Part shown: positions 9,805-17,740 of the stretch, piece after piece | Layout: every line of letters starts with the position of its first letter | How positions within the stretch are numbered: position 1 is the first letter of the stretch | Source: an uncultured Solirubrobacterales bacterium | GTDB lineage: Bacteria; Actinomycetota; Thermoleophilia; Solirubrobacterales; Solirubrobacteraceae | DNA: 64,000 bases | Reading direction: 5' to 3' | Assembly (NCBI GenBank): GCA_963828135.1 | Contig: CAWHDS010000001.1 | Span: 108,087-172,086, forward strand | The notes under the pieces: generated by a model | Database searches by the model: none | What the model saw: the letters and a program-made list of their open reading frames with translations, nothing else | Told to the model about the DNA's origin: nothing | Program-made: the position numbers and the translations under genes

Positions 9805-9944
9805 AACGCCTAATTCGACGCGCCAAAGTTATGTCGCTCGGAATACGGGCTTTGCAGGCAGTTTCGCGACTCTCCTCGTGGGAATCCACGATTCTGGCGC
9901 ACCGCCACTGCTCTTCGACCGCTCCGAGTCGATCGTGGTCGGCG

Positions 9945-11648
9945 CTACTGCGCGGCGAACGTCGGCTTCCTGGAAGGGTGAGTGAGTGCGAGCCGGCTGC
10001 GCGCGTTCTCCATCATCGTCGCCGATGGCGGGGCGGTGACCAGCGCCGCGAGCAGCGCATCGCCCGCAATCCGCTCGCAGTCGCAGCTGGTGAGCGCGGT
10101 CACCGTCGCCGTCCGAGGAATGTGCTCGAGCACGCCGATCTCGCCGAAGTAGGTGGGAGCCGACATTCGACGCAGGACGCGTGGCGGACCGTCTCCCTCG
10201 CCGCGCGCGCTCACCTCGACCTCTCCGGACACCAGCACGTAGAGCGCGTCCGCCGGCTCGCCTTCTCGGATGATCGTCGCGCTCGGCGCGAACGTCGCAG
10301 CCTCGGCGGCCGCGGCGAGGCTCTCGAGAACGGCTCTGCTTGCCGACTGGAAGAGGCCGAGCCCTTCGAGCACGGTAATGCGGGGTCCCAGCGCCGCGGT
10401 GCGCGCGGCGGTGTCGCGGTCGATGGCGAGCAGCGAGCGAACACCGAGCAGCGCAGCGCCACAGGGAGCTAACGCCATGACGAGGAGCCCGGCGTCGAGC
10501 CCGCCGGCGCTCACGATCACCGGCGTGATGACCGTCCCAAGCGAGATCGCCGCCAGCACAAAAGCGAAGAACACCCCAAACACGCGCGCGAGCTGCTCGG
10601 GGGCAACGGCACGCTGCAACGCCGTGATCGCCAGGACGTCGACCACCAACGTCGAACCGCCCCGAACGATCTCCAGGGCGAACGCGAGGCCAGGGTCACG
10701 TATCACCGTCAGCAGCGCGGTGGGCAGCGTATAGCCGGCCACGCCCGCGAGGATGATCGGCGCGAGCCGGCGCGAGCTTGCGAGCCGGTTCACCGCTGTG
10801 GCCATCAGGACGCCGCCGACGCCGAGCCCGGCGAGGAGGTAGCCGAAACCCTCGGAGCCGGTGTGCAGTCGATGCTCGGAGACGCCGACGAAGAGCACGG
10901 TGTCGGTGCCGTAGACGAAGCTGACGAGCGCGCAGAAGGCCACGAGCGTGCGCGCCGCCGGCAGTGCGACGATCGCGCGCACGCCGACCGCCATCTGCTC
11001 GAGCGGCCCGGCGGTCCCTTCGTCCGTGACATCGACCGGGCGGCTGCGGGCCCGGATCCTCGAAACGAGCGCCGCCGACAGCACGAAGCTCCCGGCATTC
11101 GCGGCGAACGCGACGGCGGGCGAGCCGATCGCCAGCAGCCCGGCGCCCACCGCCGGTCCCAGGATGACGACCAGGTTATCGATCGTGCCGTTCAACGCGT
11201 TGGCGGAAACGAGATCGTCCTCGTCGACGATCGACGGAATCGTCGCCGCCACCGCGGGGCTGTAGACGATGTTGGTCGCGGCAGTGAGCGCCGCAAGGGC
11301 GAGCCCGAGCGCGACCGGTGCGCCGGTGGCCGCGACGACCGCCAGTCCGCCCTGCCACAGCGCGCAGATGAGGTCCGCCCCCAGCATCAGGCGCACCCGC
11401 TCGGTGCGCTCGGCGATCACACCGCCGTAGGCGCTCAGGAGGAGGGCGGGGAGAAACCGGAAGAGCCCCGCCGCACCCACCCAGGCGAGCGAGTGCGTGC
11501 GGTCGAACACGAAGGCGAGCAGCGCAACGTTGTAAGCCCAGCTGCCCGTCGCGGAAACGGCGAGACCGCCGAACAGAAACCGCAGGTCGCGCGACGCGAG
11601 CGCGCTGCGATAGCCGCTGAACCATCCGGCCACGCGCCCGCCTCCCAT
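9945..11648 (-). CDS. MFS transporter fused to a C-terminal cyclic-nucleotide-binding domain
   Basis: 567 aa. About 12 TM helices over the first 410 aa or so, then a cNMP-binding fold (REGEPADALYVLVSGEVEV...FGEIGVLEHIPRTATVTA). Confidence 0.8.
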   Translation of the reverse strand: MGGGRVAGWFSGYRSALASRDLRFLFGGLAVSATGSWAYNVALLAFVFDRTHSLAWVGAAGLFRFLPALLLSAYGGVIAERTERVRLMLGADLICALWQGGLAVVAATGAPVALGLALAALTAATNIVYSPAVAATIPSIVDEDDLVSANALNGTIDNLVVILGPAVGAGLLAIGSPAVAFAANAGSFVLSAALVSRIRARSRPVDVTDEGTAGPLEQMAVGVRAIVALPAARTLVAFCALVSFVYGTDTVLFVGVSEHRLHTGSEGFGYLLAGLGVGGVLMATAVNRLASSRRLAPIILAGVAGYTLPTALLTVIRDPGLAFALEIVRGGSTLVVDVLAITALQRAVAPEQLARVFGVFFAFVLAAISLGTVITPVIVSAGGLDAGLLVMALAPCGAALLGVRSLLAIDRDTAARTAALGPRITVLEGLGLFQSASRAVLESLAAAAEAATFAPSATIIREGEPADALYVLVSGEVEVSARGEGDGPPRVLRRMSAPTYFGEIGVLEHIPRTATVTALTSCDCERIAGDALLAALVTAPPSATMMENARSRLALTHPSRKPTFAAQ

Positions 11649-11717
11649 GCGTCATTACCCTACTGCCGCGGTACAGACGAGGCGTCGTGATGCGGTTGGT
11701 TTGCCCCTCCCCGCGCC

Positions 11718-11723
11718 TATACT
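11718..11723 (+). promoter_or_regulatory. Candidate -10 box (TATACT) for the ECF sigma gene
   Basis: TATACT lies 10 nt upstream of ATG 11734, giving a very short or absent leader. Confidence 0.3.
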
Positions 11724-11733
11724 CCGGGGCTCG

Positions 11734-12456
11734 ATGTACCCGCCCGCTTCTCACTCGCAGGGGGACGGCGAACCTCCGGCGCGCATCGCCGAACCAGGGC
11801 GAGCGACCAAGCGAGACGGCGCGAGCGGGTCTGTGAACTCCGTGGCCTCCGGTGGCGCGGAGCGCATTTCGCGCGAGCAACGCGCGGCGCGGCCAACCTC
11901 GCGTCGCCCGGGCGACCCGTTACCCGAGGCGCTCGAGGACGCGGCGCTCGTTCCGCGCTGTCGCAGCGGCGACCAGGAGGCCTGGCGAGCGCTCGTGCAG
12001 CGACACGCCCCGCTCGTCCACGGCGTCGTTCGCGGCGCCTTCCGACTACAGGGTCATGACGCCGAGGACGTCTTTCAGGAGGTATTCGCCCGCGTGTACC
12101 TCCGCCTGGGCGACGTACGCGACGCCACAGCGCTGCGCGCCTGGATCGCGCAGATCGCCCGAAACGCGTCGCTCGACTGGCTCCGGCGCGACGTCGGGGC
12201 CCGTCAGCGCCGGGAGACCGACGACCTGGCGTTCGAGGAGCCGCTCGGGGTCCTCGAGGACGCCCTCATCGTGCGCGCCGCGCTCGGCCGTCTGCCCCCC
12301 CCTCAGCAGGAGATCCTCGATCGCTTCTTCGCCCGCGACGAGAGTTACCAGACGATCAGCGCGGCGCTCGATCTGCCCGCCGGAACGATCGCCAGCCGCA
12401 TCTCGCGGGCCCTCGCCTCGCTGCGCGCTCAGCTCGGCGACGAGCTGGGAAGATGA
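11734..12456 (+). CDS. ECF-type sigma-70 family RNA polymerase sigma factor
   Basis: Region 2 (WRALVQRHAPLVHGVVRGAF...DAEDVFQEVFARVY) and region 4 (QQEILDRFFARDESYQTISAALDLPAGTIASRISRA) are present. The start is uncertain: ATG 11734 was chosen over the ORF start at 11647. Confidence 0.8.
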   Translation: MYPPASHSQGDGEPPARIAEPGRATKRDGASGSVNSVASGGAERISREQRAARPTSRRPGDPLPEALEDAALVPRCRSGDQEAWRALVQRHAPLVHGVVRGAFRLQGHDAEDVFQEVFARVYLRLGDVRDATALRAWIAQIARNASLDWLRRDVGARQRRETDDLAFEEPLGVLEDALIVRAALGRLPPPQQEILDRFFARDESYQTISAALDLPAGTIASRISRALASLRAQLGDELGR

Positions 12457-12740
12457 CAGCGCTTTACGGCGTCCTCCCTAACATGGACGACGATCCGCTG
12501 GCGACCGACCTCGCCGTGGCGCAGGCGCTGCGGATGACCGCGATGCCGCCGCAGGCCTGGATCGAGGCCGCCGCGATGCTGCCCTCGACGCTTGGGGACC
12601 TCGATTCGATCGAGCGGCTGATCGCGCTGCCCTCGTTCCGCGAGGCCTTCGACCGCGACCCCGAGAGAGCGCTCGCTCGAGCCGGCCTCCCCGCCTCCCA
12701 GCCGGTCGTGGCGGCACTTCGCGAGCGCCTGGCCGGCTGA
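12453..12740 (+). CDS. Hypothetical protein translationally coupled to the ECF sigma gene (possible non-canonical anti-sigma)
   Basis: 95-aa ORF. Its ATG overlaps the sigma stop (ATGA). GC3 is high, and there is no TM helix or zinc-binding anti-sigma motif. Confidence 0.5.
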   Translation: MTALYGVLPNMDDDPLATDLAVAQALRMTAMPPQAWIEAAAMLPSTLGDLDSIERLIALPSFREAFDRDPERALARAGLPASQPVVAALRERLAG

Positions 12741-12807
12741 CGAGGCCTGGGCCGGCGCCTGTCCGGCTGAGAATCTCCCGGCGACGGCGTCGCCCGCCAC
12801 CCGGGGC

Positions 12808-12897
12808 GTCTGCGCCATCCAGGCGCCCGCCACCCGAGGCATCGGCACGGCCCTGCCCCCGCGCGTCCGCGCCATCCAGGCGCCCGCCCGGCCGGGG
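12808..12897. repeat. Two copies of a REP-like hairpin repeat in a convergent intergenic region
   Basis: A perfect 20-mer GCGCCATCCAGGCGCCCGCC occurs at 12812-12831 and 12869-12888. Each copy contains the hairpin GCGCC-atcca-GGCGC. Confidence 0.5.
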
Positions 12898-12906
12898 CAC
12901 GCACAC

Positions 12907-13488
12907 TCAGGCGCCGGCGGCCGCACTGCGACGCACGGCGGCGTCCGCGCTCGCCACGGCGGACCGCGCCCGCGCGCGCCGCGCGTCGTCGGGCAGGAGT
13001 GCGAGGTTTATCTCGACCAGCGACGCGGCCGAACGCGCCGCCGCGGCCGCGAGCTCGGCGGCGCCGGCGACGTCGGCGCGCATCGCCGCATCGCAGTCGC
13101 GGGCGATCGCCGCTGCGAGCGTGGCGCAGTCGGAGGCGATCGTGGCGATCGCCAGCGGGGCCTCCGCGGCGCGCACGAGGGCGGCACGCAGCAGCGCGTC
13201 GCGGCCACTGCCGCCGGGCTGGGACCGTCGCGCCAGCGCGGCGTTGGCGGCGCTGTAGGCAACGGCGTTTTCGCAGGCTGCGGCGCACGCCCGGCGGCGC
13301 AGCTCGGCCGCCTGCACGGCAGCCCCGCGAGCTTCGTCCCAGGTCTCCAGCGAGGCCCGGGAGACCGCCTCGCACAGACCCGCAGCGAGTGCGACCACGC
13401 CGCCGGTCAGGACACCTACCCCGGAGCTCGGGGAGGTCGCCGCAATCTCCTCGGCCACGGCCGCGAGTGCCTGCGCCGAGTCGCTCAT
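12907..13488 (-). CDS. Cyclodeaminase/cyclohydrolase family protein (FTCD C-terminal type)
   Basis: 193 aa, all-helical and Ala-rich, with GGVVALAAGLCEAVSRAS... typical of formiminotetrahydrofolate cyclodeaminase-like proteins. Confidence 0.7.
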   Translation of the reverse strand: MSDSAQALAAVAEEIAATSPSSGVGVLTGGVVALAAGLCEAVSRASLETWDEARGAAVQAAELRRRACAAACENAVAYSAANAALARRSQPGGSGRDALLRAALVRAAEAPLAIATIASDCATLAAAIARDCDAAMRADVAGAAELAAAAARSAASLVEINLALLPDDARRARARSAVASADAAVRRSAAAGA

Positions 13489-13634
13489 GCGATTGTCCTC
13501 GCCGGGACGGCTCCGGGCGCGCTCGCCATCACAACAAACCGACGGTCGCCCAACGCCGACGGTGGCGGCGCGCAGCCGCCGCCACCGCTATGGCGATTAC
13601 GACGACGTGGCAGGCCTGCCGCGTTCGAATCCCC

Positions 13635-13817
13635 TCAGAACGCCTTCTTCTTGGCGATGTCGGCGCCGGATGTCCTCGCCCGGTTGTCGGGGTCGTAGGC
13701 CCTGCCCACGTGCATACGGTGACCCTCGACGTCGGGACCCTCGTCGCTCTCCTGCGCAGCCGGCTCCAGACCTTCCGGGGCCTCTTCGTCCTGATGCTGC
13801 TCGTCACGTTCGCTCAT
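13635..13817 (-). CDS. Small acidic hypothetical protein (60 aa)
   Basis: MSERDEQHQDEEAPEGLEPAAQESDEGPDVEGHRMHVGRAYDPDNRARTSGADIAKKKAF. GAGGA lies 7 nt upstream of the ATG, and the long ORF upstream looks non-coding. Confidence 0.4.
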   Translation of the reverse strand: MSERDEQHQDEEAPEGLEPAAQESDEGPDVEGHRMHVGRAYDPDNRARTSGADIAKKKAF

Positions 13818-13911
13818 GGCTGATCCTCGCGTGTCGGCACCGCCGTTTGGCGGCGGTTGATGTGTGTTGGTAGACGAGGCCGATGCGCGAAATCTTCCCT
13901 CCAACCGGCAG

Positions 13912-13984
13912 TAGCATTGCCGGAGTGGGCGAGAGCGCGCAAGCCGACCAGCTGCCGGCATGGTCGATCGACCGCGAGGCGGTC
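13912..13984 (+). promoter_or_regulatory. 5-prime module copy A: -10 box TAGCAT, leaderless GTG (13925), hairpin GACCGC-gag-GCGGTC (13970-13984)
   Basis: 68% identical (50/73), with identical block spacing, to 17668-17740. Confidence 0.5.
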
Positions 13985-14757
13985 GCCTCGCGACCACTGC
14001 GCTCGGCCTGGGCTCTCGGTGACGCGCGTGACTGGGCTTGGGGCGGATCGACAGGCGCCGGCGTGCGCGTCGCGATCGTCGACAGCGGCGTGGACGCCAG
14101 TCACCCCGGGGTGCGCACGCTGGAGGGCGCGGTCGCCGTGACCGAGGGAGCCGACGGCACACTGGCGGTCAGCGCCGACCAGGAGGGTGATCTCTTCGGA
14201 CACGGCACCGCGTGTGCCGGCATCGTCCGCAAGCTGGCGCCCGCCTGCGAGATCCATTCGGTGCGGGTGCTGGGCGGCTCGCTGACCGCCACCGGCCCGG
14301 TACTCGCGGCTGGCCTGCGATGGGCGATCGAGCAGCGCTTCGAGGTCATCAACCTCAGCCTCTCGACCACCAAGAGCAAATTCGCGGCCGAACTGCGCGA
14401 GCTCACCGACCTCGCGTACTTCCGCGGCTGCGTGGTGGTCGCCTCCGCACACAACATGCCGGTCGAGTCGTTTCCGTGGCGGTTCCCGGCCGTCGTCTCC
14501 GTCGGCAGCCACGCTGGAGTCGACCCGCTCGAGTACTACGCCAATCCCGCGCCGCCGGTCGAGTTCGCGGCTCCCGGAGTCGACCTCGAGCTGGCTTGGC
14601 TGGGGGAGCGACGATCCGGGCCACCGGTAACTCGTTCGCGACCCCGCACATGGCGGCAATCGCCGCCCTGATCCTCGCGAAACATCCCGGCATGAGGCCC
14701 TACGAGCTGAAGACGGCGCTGCGAGCCGCGGGGGCGAACGTCAGGAGCGCCGCATAG
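13925..14757 (+). pseudogene. S8-family (subtilisin-like) serine peptidase with no signal peptide, interrupted by one frame change
   Basis: The catalytic Asp (VAIVDSGVD) and His (GHGTACAGIV) are in the frame of ORF 13883-14671. The Ser motif (GNSFATPHMAAIAALI) is in the frame of ORF 14212-14757. The junction is at the G5 run 14602-14606, and one extra G restores ...ELAWLGGATIRATGNSFATP. Confidence 0.8.
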
Positions 14758-14789
14758 CCGCCGACGAGACCGGACCGGCGGCCGCGGCG

Positions 14790-15410
14790 GTGCTCGGCGA
14801 CGAGGCGGGGCGGCGCGCCTTGCTGCAGTCGATCGTCGAGCTGACGCTCGCCGTGTTCGGCGCGGCCGCGTGCTCGATCATGCGCTTCGATGCGCCCGCA
14901 CGCGAGCTGGTGTTCGAGGCGGTGGCCGGCGAGGGGGCTCGGACGCTGGTCGGCCGGCGGATACCCTCCGGGACCGGCATCGCCGGCTGGTCGCTGGCGT
15001 CCGAGGAGCCCATCTCGATCGAGGACGTGGTGAGCGATCCGCGTTTCGACCGGGCCGTGGCCGAGTCCACCGGATACGTGCCGCGCAGGCTCACCGTCTA
15101 CCCGCTGTTGCACGGCGAACGCTCGCTTGGCGTGCTCAACGTGCTCGACCCCGGCGCGATCGGGCAGGTCGGGCTGGCCGACATGGCGGTGCTCGGGCGG
15201 TTCGCGAGTCACGCCGCGATGACCCTCGCCGCCGTCGAAGCCGCGCGCCGGATACAGGCCGTGCAGAAGGACGGGCGCGATCACGACGCGCCGCTCGCGC
15301 GGCTCGCGCGTGCAGTGGACGCGCTCGAGGGTGCGCGCCGGGACGCGGCCCTGGCGCTGTTGGCTGCGTTCGAGCGAGTGTTGGACGCGTCCTCTGAGCC
15401 AGGCGTGTAG
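14790..15410 (+). CDS. GAF-domain protein
   Basis: 206 aa with a GAF fold pattern (SIMRFDAPARELVFEAVAGEG...GIAGWSLASEEPISIEDV..DPRF...YPLLHGERSLGVLNVLD). Confidence 0.75.
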   Translation: MLGDEAGRRALLQSIVELTLAVFGAAACSIMRFDAPARELVFEAVAGEGARTLVGRRIPSGTGIAGWSLASEEPISIEDVVSDPRFDRAVAESTGYVPRRLTVYPLLHGERSLGVLNVLDPGAIGQVGLADMAVLGRFASHAAMTLAAVEAARRIQAVQKDGRDHDAPLARLARAVDALEGARRDAALALLAAFERVLDASSEPGV

Positions 15411-15597
15411 GAGGGGGCTGAGGGTGGGCGGCCGTAGAACCCGCGCCCGACGAGCGTTGGTGGCGTCGTCGAGCGGCGCAGGTTGAAGGGCCGTTGGCGG
15501 GCGCACGCGGTGTGCCGGCGAGGGGCGGCGCGCGTTCGGCCGCGTCCGCGTCTGTTCATGCTCCACCCCGGGCGGCCGATACAAGAGTTGTTACGTA

Positions 15598-17634
15598 TTG
15601 GACGCCTTGCGACCCGATCAGGCTTCGAACAGCGTCTTCGGTGCGGAGATGGAGCCGCTGTGCGTCAGGAACCTGCTCGCCTGCGGCGACGAGCGGATCT
15701 GCTTCAAGGACCGTGAGGGTCGGTACCTCATGGTCAGCGCCGGCTGGCTTGCCAGCACGACGCGGCGCCGCCTGCACGCGCAGGGCCTGCACGAGCAGGT
15801 GATCGGCAGGACGGAGCTCGAGGTTTTCGGCGCCGCCGCCGCGGCGCAGTCGCGCCTCGAGGAGCTGCGCGTGATGGAGACCGGCGAGCCGGTCCTCGCC
15901 AAGCTCGAGCGCGAGACGTTCGAGGATGGCCCGGACGCCTGGACGCAGACGACGAAGATGCCTCTTCGCGACGAGCACGGCGAGATCGTCGGCACATGGG
16001 GCGTCAGCCGCGACGTGACGGCGAGCATCGAGGCCGAGCGCGCCCTGAGCGCGAGCCGCGAGCAGCTGGCGGCGAGCGAGCACATGCAGCGGGTGCTCTT
16101 CGAGCACAATCCGCAGCCGATGTGGGTGCGCGACCAGGGCACGCTGAGCGTGGTCGCGGTCAACCAGGCGGCGCTCGCGATGTACGGCTACTCGCACGAC
16201 GAGTTCCTCGCCCTGACCGTCACGGACCTGGTGCCGCCGGAGGACGCGGAATCCTTCCTGGCCGCCCTCCAACAGGCGGAGGGCGAGTCCGGACTCGGCC
16301 GGCCCGTGGTGGTGCCGTGGCGCCACCGCTGCAAGGGCGGCGCGGTGCTCGACGTCGAGCTGACGAGCACCGACGTGATCTTTGGCGGGCGAGCGTGCCG
16401 CATCGCCTCCAGCAAGGATGTGACCGCGCGCAACCGGTCGGCCGCCGAGCTTTCCTCGGCACGTGACGCGGCGGTCGAGGCGTCGAACACGAAGTCGGCG
16501 TTTCTCGCCACGATCAGCCACGAGATCCGCACGCCGATGAACGGCGTGCTCGGCATGACCGAGCTGCTGCTCGACAGCGAGCTCGACGACGACCAGCGAT
16601 CGCTCGCGACGGAGGTGTCGCACTCCGGGGAGCTGATGGTCGAGCTGATCGACGACATCCTCGACATCTCGAAGATCGAGGCCGGCCGGCTCGAGCTGGC
16701 GATCGCCGACTTCCCGTTGCGCGAGACGATCGAGCAGACCTGCGCCCCCGTCAGGGTTCGCGCCGAGGCGAAGGGCGTCGAGCTCGACGTCCAGATCGCC
16801 GATGACGTCCCGGCGCACGCCTGCGGAGACGGCCGTCGCGTGCGTCAGGTGCTCCTGAACCTCGTCGCCAACGCCGTCAAGTTCACGGCCGCGGGATCGG
16901 TGGTCGTGCGCGTCAGCCGGCTGCCGCAGGCGACCGGTGACGGCCTGATCCGGATCGAGGTGACCGACACGGGCATCGGGATCGAACGCTCGATCCTGGA
17001 GAACGTGTTCGAGCCGTTCACGCAGGCGGACGCTTCGACGACGCGCATCTACGGCGGCACCGGCCTGGGCCTCACGATCGCCCGCGAACTGGTCGAGCTG
17101 ATGAGCGGAACGATCGGTGTGGAGAGCAAGCCGGGCACCGGCAGCACCTTCTGGATCGAGTTTCCGCTGACGCTCTCGCTCGCGCGCAGCGACGAGCCCC
17201 GCGGTTCCTCCGACGCGAGCGCCGCCGCCGGCCCGCTGTGGCCGACCGCGCCGCTGGTGCTGGTCGCGGAGGACAGTCCCGTGAACCAGATCGTCACCGT
17301 TCGCACGCTGGAGCGTTGCGGCTGCAACGTCGATGTGGTGAGCGATGGCCGCCAGGCGCTGGCCGCGCTCGCTAACCGGGACTACGACGCGGTCCTGATG
17401 GACTGTCAGATGCTCGAAATGGACGGCTATGACGCGACCGCCGAACTGCGTCGCCGCGAGCAGGGTAGCCGTCACACGCTCGTGATCGCGATGACGGCTC
17501 ACGCCATGGCCGGCGATCGGGCGCGCTGCCTCGAAGCCGGGATGGACGACTACATCAGCAAGCCGATCCGCCGCGAAGCGCTTATCGACACGCTTCGACG
17601 CTGGATCCCGCCGCTCGTGCAGCCGCACTCCTGA
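15598..17634 (+). CDS. Hybrid sensor histidine kinase (PAS-PAS-HisKA-HATPase-REC)
   Basis: 678 aa. H-box FLATISHEIRTPMNGVLG, N/G boxes (LLNLVANAVKFT, DTGIGI, GGTGLGLTI) and a C-terminal receiver (VLVAEDSPVNQ...DAVLMDCQMLEMDGY...KP). TTG start. Confidence 0.9.
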   Translation: MDALRPDQASNSVFGAEMEPLCVRNLLACGDERICFKDREGRYLMVSAGWLASTTRRRLHAQGLHEQVIGRTELEVFGAAAAAQSRLEELRVMETGEPVLAKLERETFEDGPDAWTQTTKMPLRDEHGEIVGTWGVSRDVTASIEAERALSASREQLAASEHMQRVLFEHNPQPMWVRDQGTLSVVAVNQAALAMYGYSHDEFLALTVTDLVPPEDAESFLAALQQAEGESGLGRPVVVPWRHRCKGGAVLDVELTSTDVIFGGRACRIASSKDVTARNRSAAELSSARDAAVEASNTKSAFLATISHEIRTPMNGVLGMTELLLDSELDDDQRSLATEVSHSGELMVELIDDILDISKIEAGRLELAIADFPLRETIEQTCAPVRVRAEAKGVELDVQIADDVPAHACGDGRRVRQVLLNLVANAVKFTAAGSVVVRVSRLPQATGDGLIRIEVTDTGIGIERSILENVFEPFTQADASTTRIYGGTGLGLTIARELVELMSGTIGVESKPGTGSTFWIEFPLTLSLARSDEPRGSSDASAAAGPLWPTAPLVLVAEDSPVNQIVTVRTLERCGCNVDVVSDGRQALAALANRDYDAVLMDCQMLEMDGYDATAELRRREQGSRHTLVIAMTAHAMAGDRARCLEAGMDDYISKPIRREALIDTLRRWIPPLVQPHS

Positions 17635-17667
17635 GGCAGCCGCGCCGGTCCCGCGACACCCGCCCAC

Positions 17668-17740
17668 TAGCATTGCCATGGTGGGCGAGACCGCAGCAGA
17701 GCGCGCCCCGGTGGCGTTGACGACAGACCGCGAAGCGGTC
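17668..17740 (+). promoter_or_regulatory. 5-prime module copy B: -10 box TAGCAT, ATG/GTG at 17678/17681, hairpin GACCGC-gaa-GCGGTC (17726-17740)
   Basis: Same three blocks and spacing as 13912-13984. Confidence 0.5.

Noticed and set aside
7115-9944. Searched the islet borders for a direct repeat of the tRNA-Met 3-prime end (att site), for an integrase, and for IS66 terminal inverted repeats (GTAAGCG-type ends).
   Set aside because: None was found by eye, so no intact genomic island or intact IS element is claimed.
13558-13620. Hairpins GGTGGCGGC-gcgca-GCCGCCACC (about 13565-13590) and the palindrome GGCAGGCCTGCC (13609-13620) downstream of the small acidic gene.
   Set aside because: They are plausibly just transcription terminators or GC-rich palindromes. 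There is no U-tract and no repetition elsewhere in the window, so they are not reported as features.
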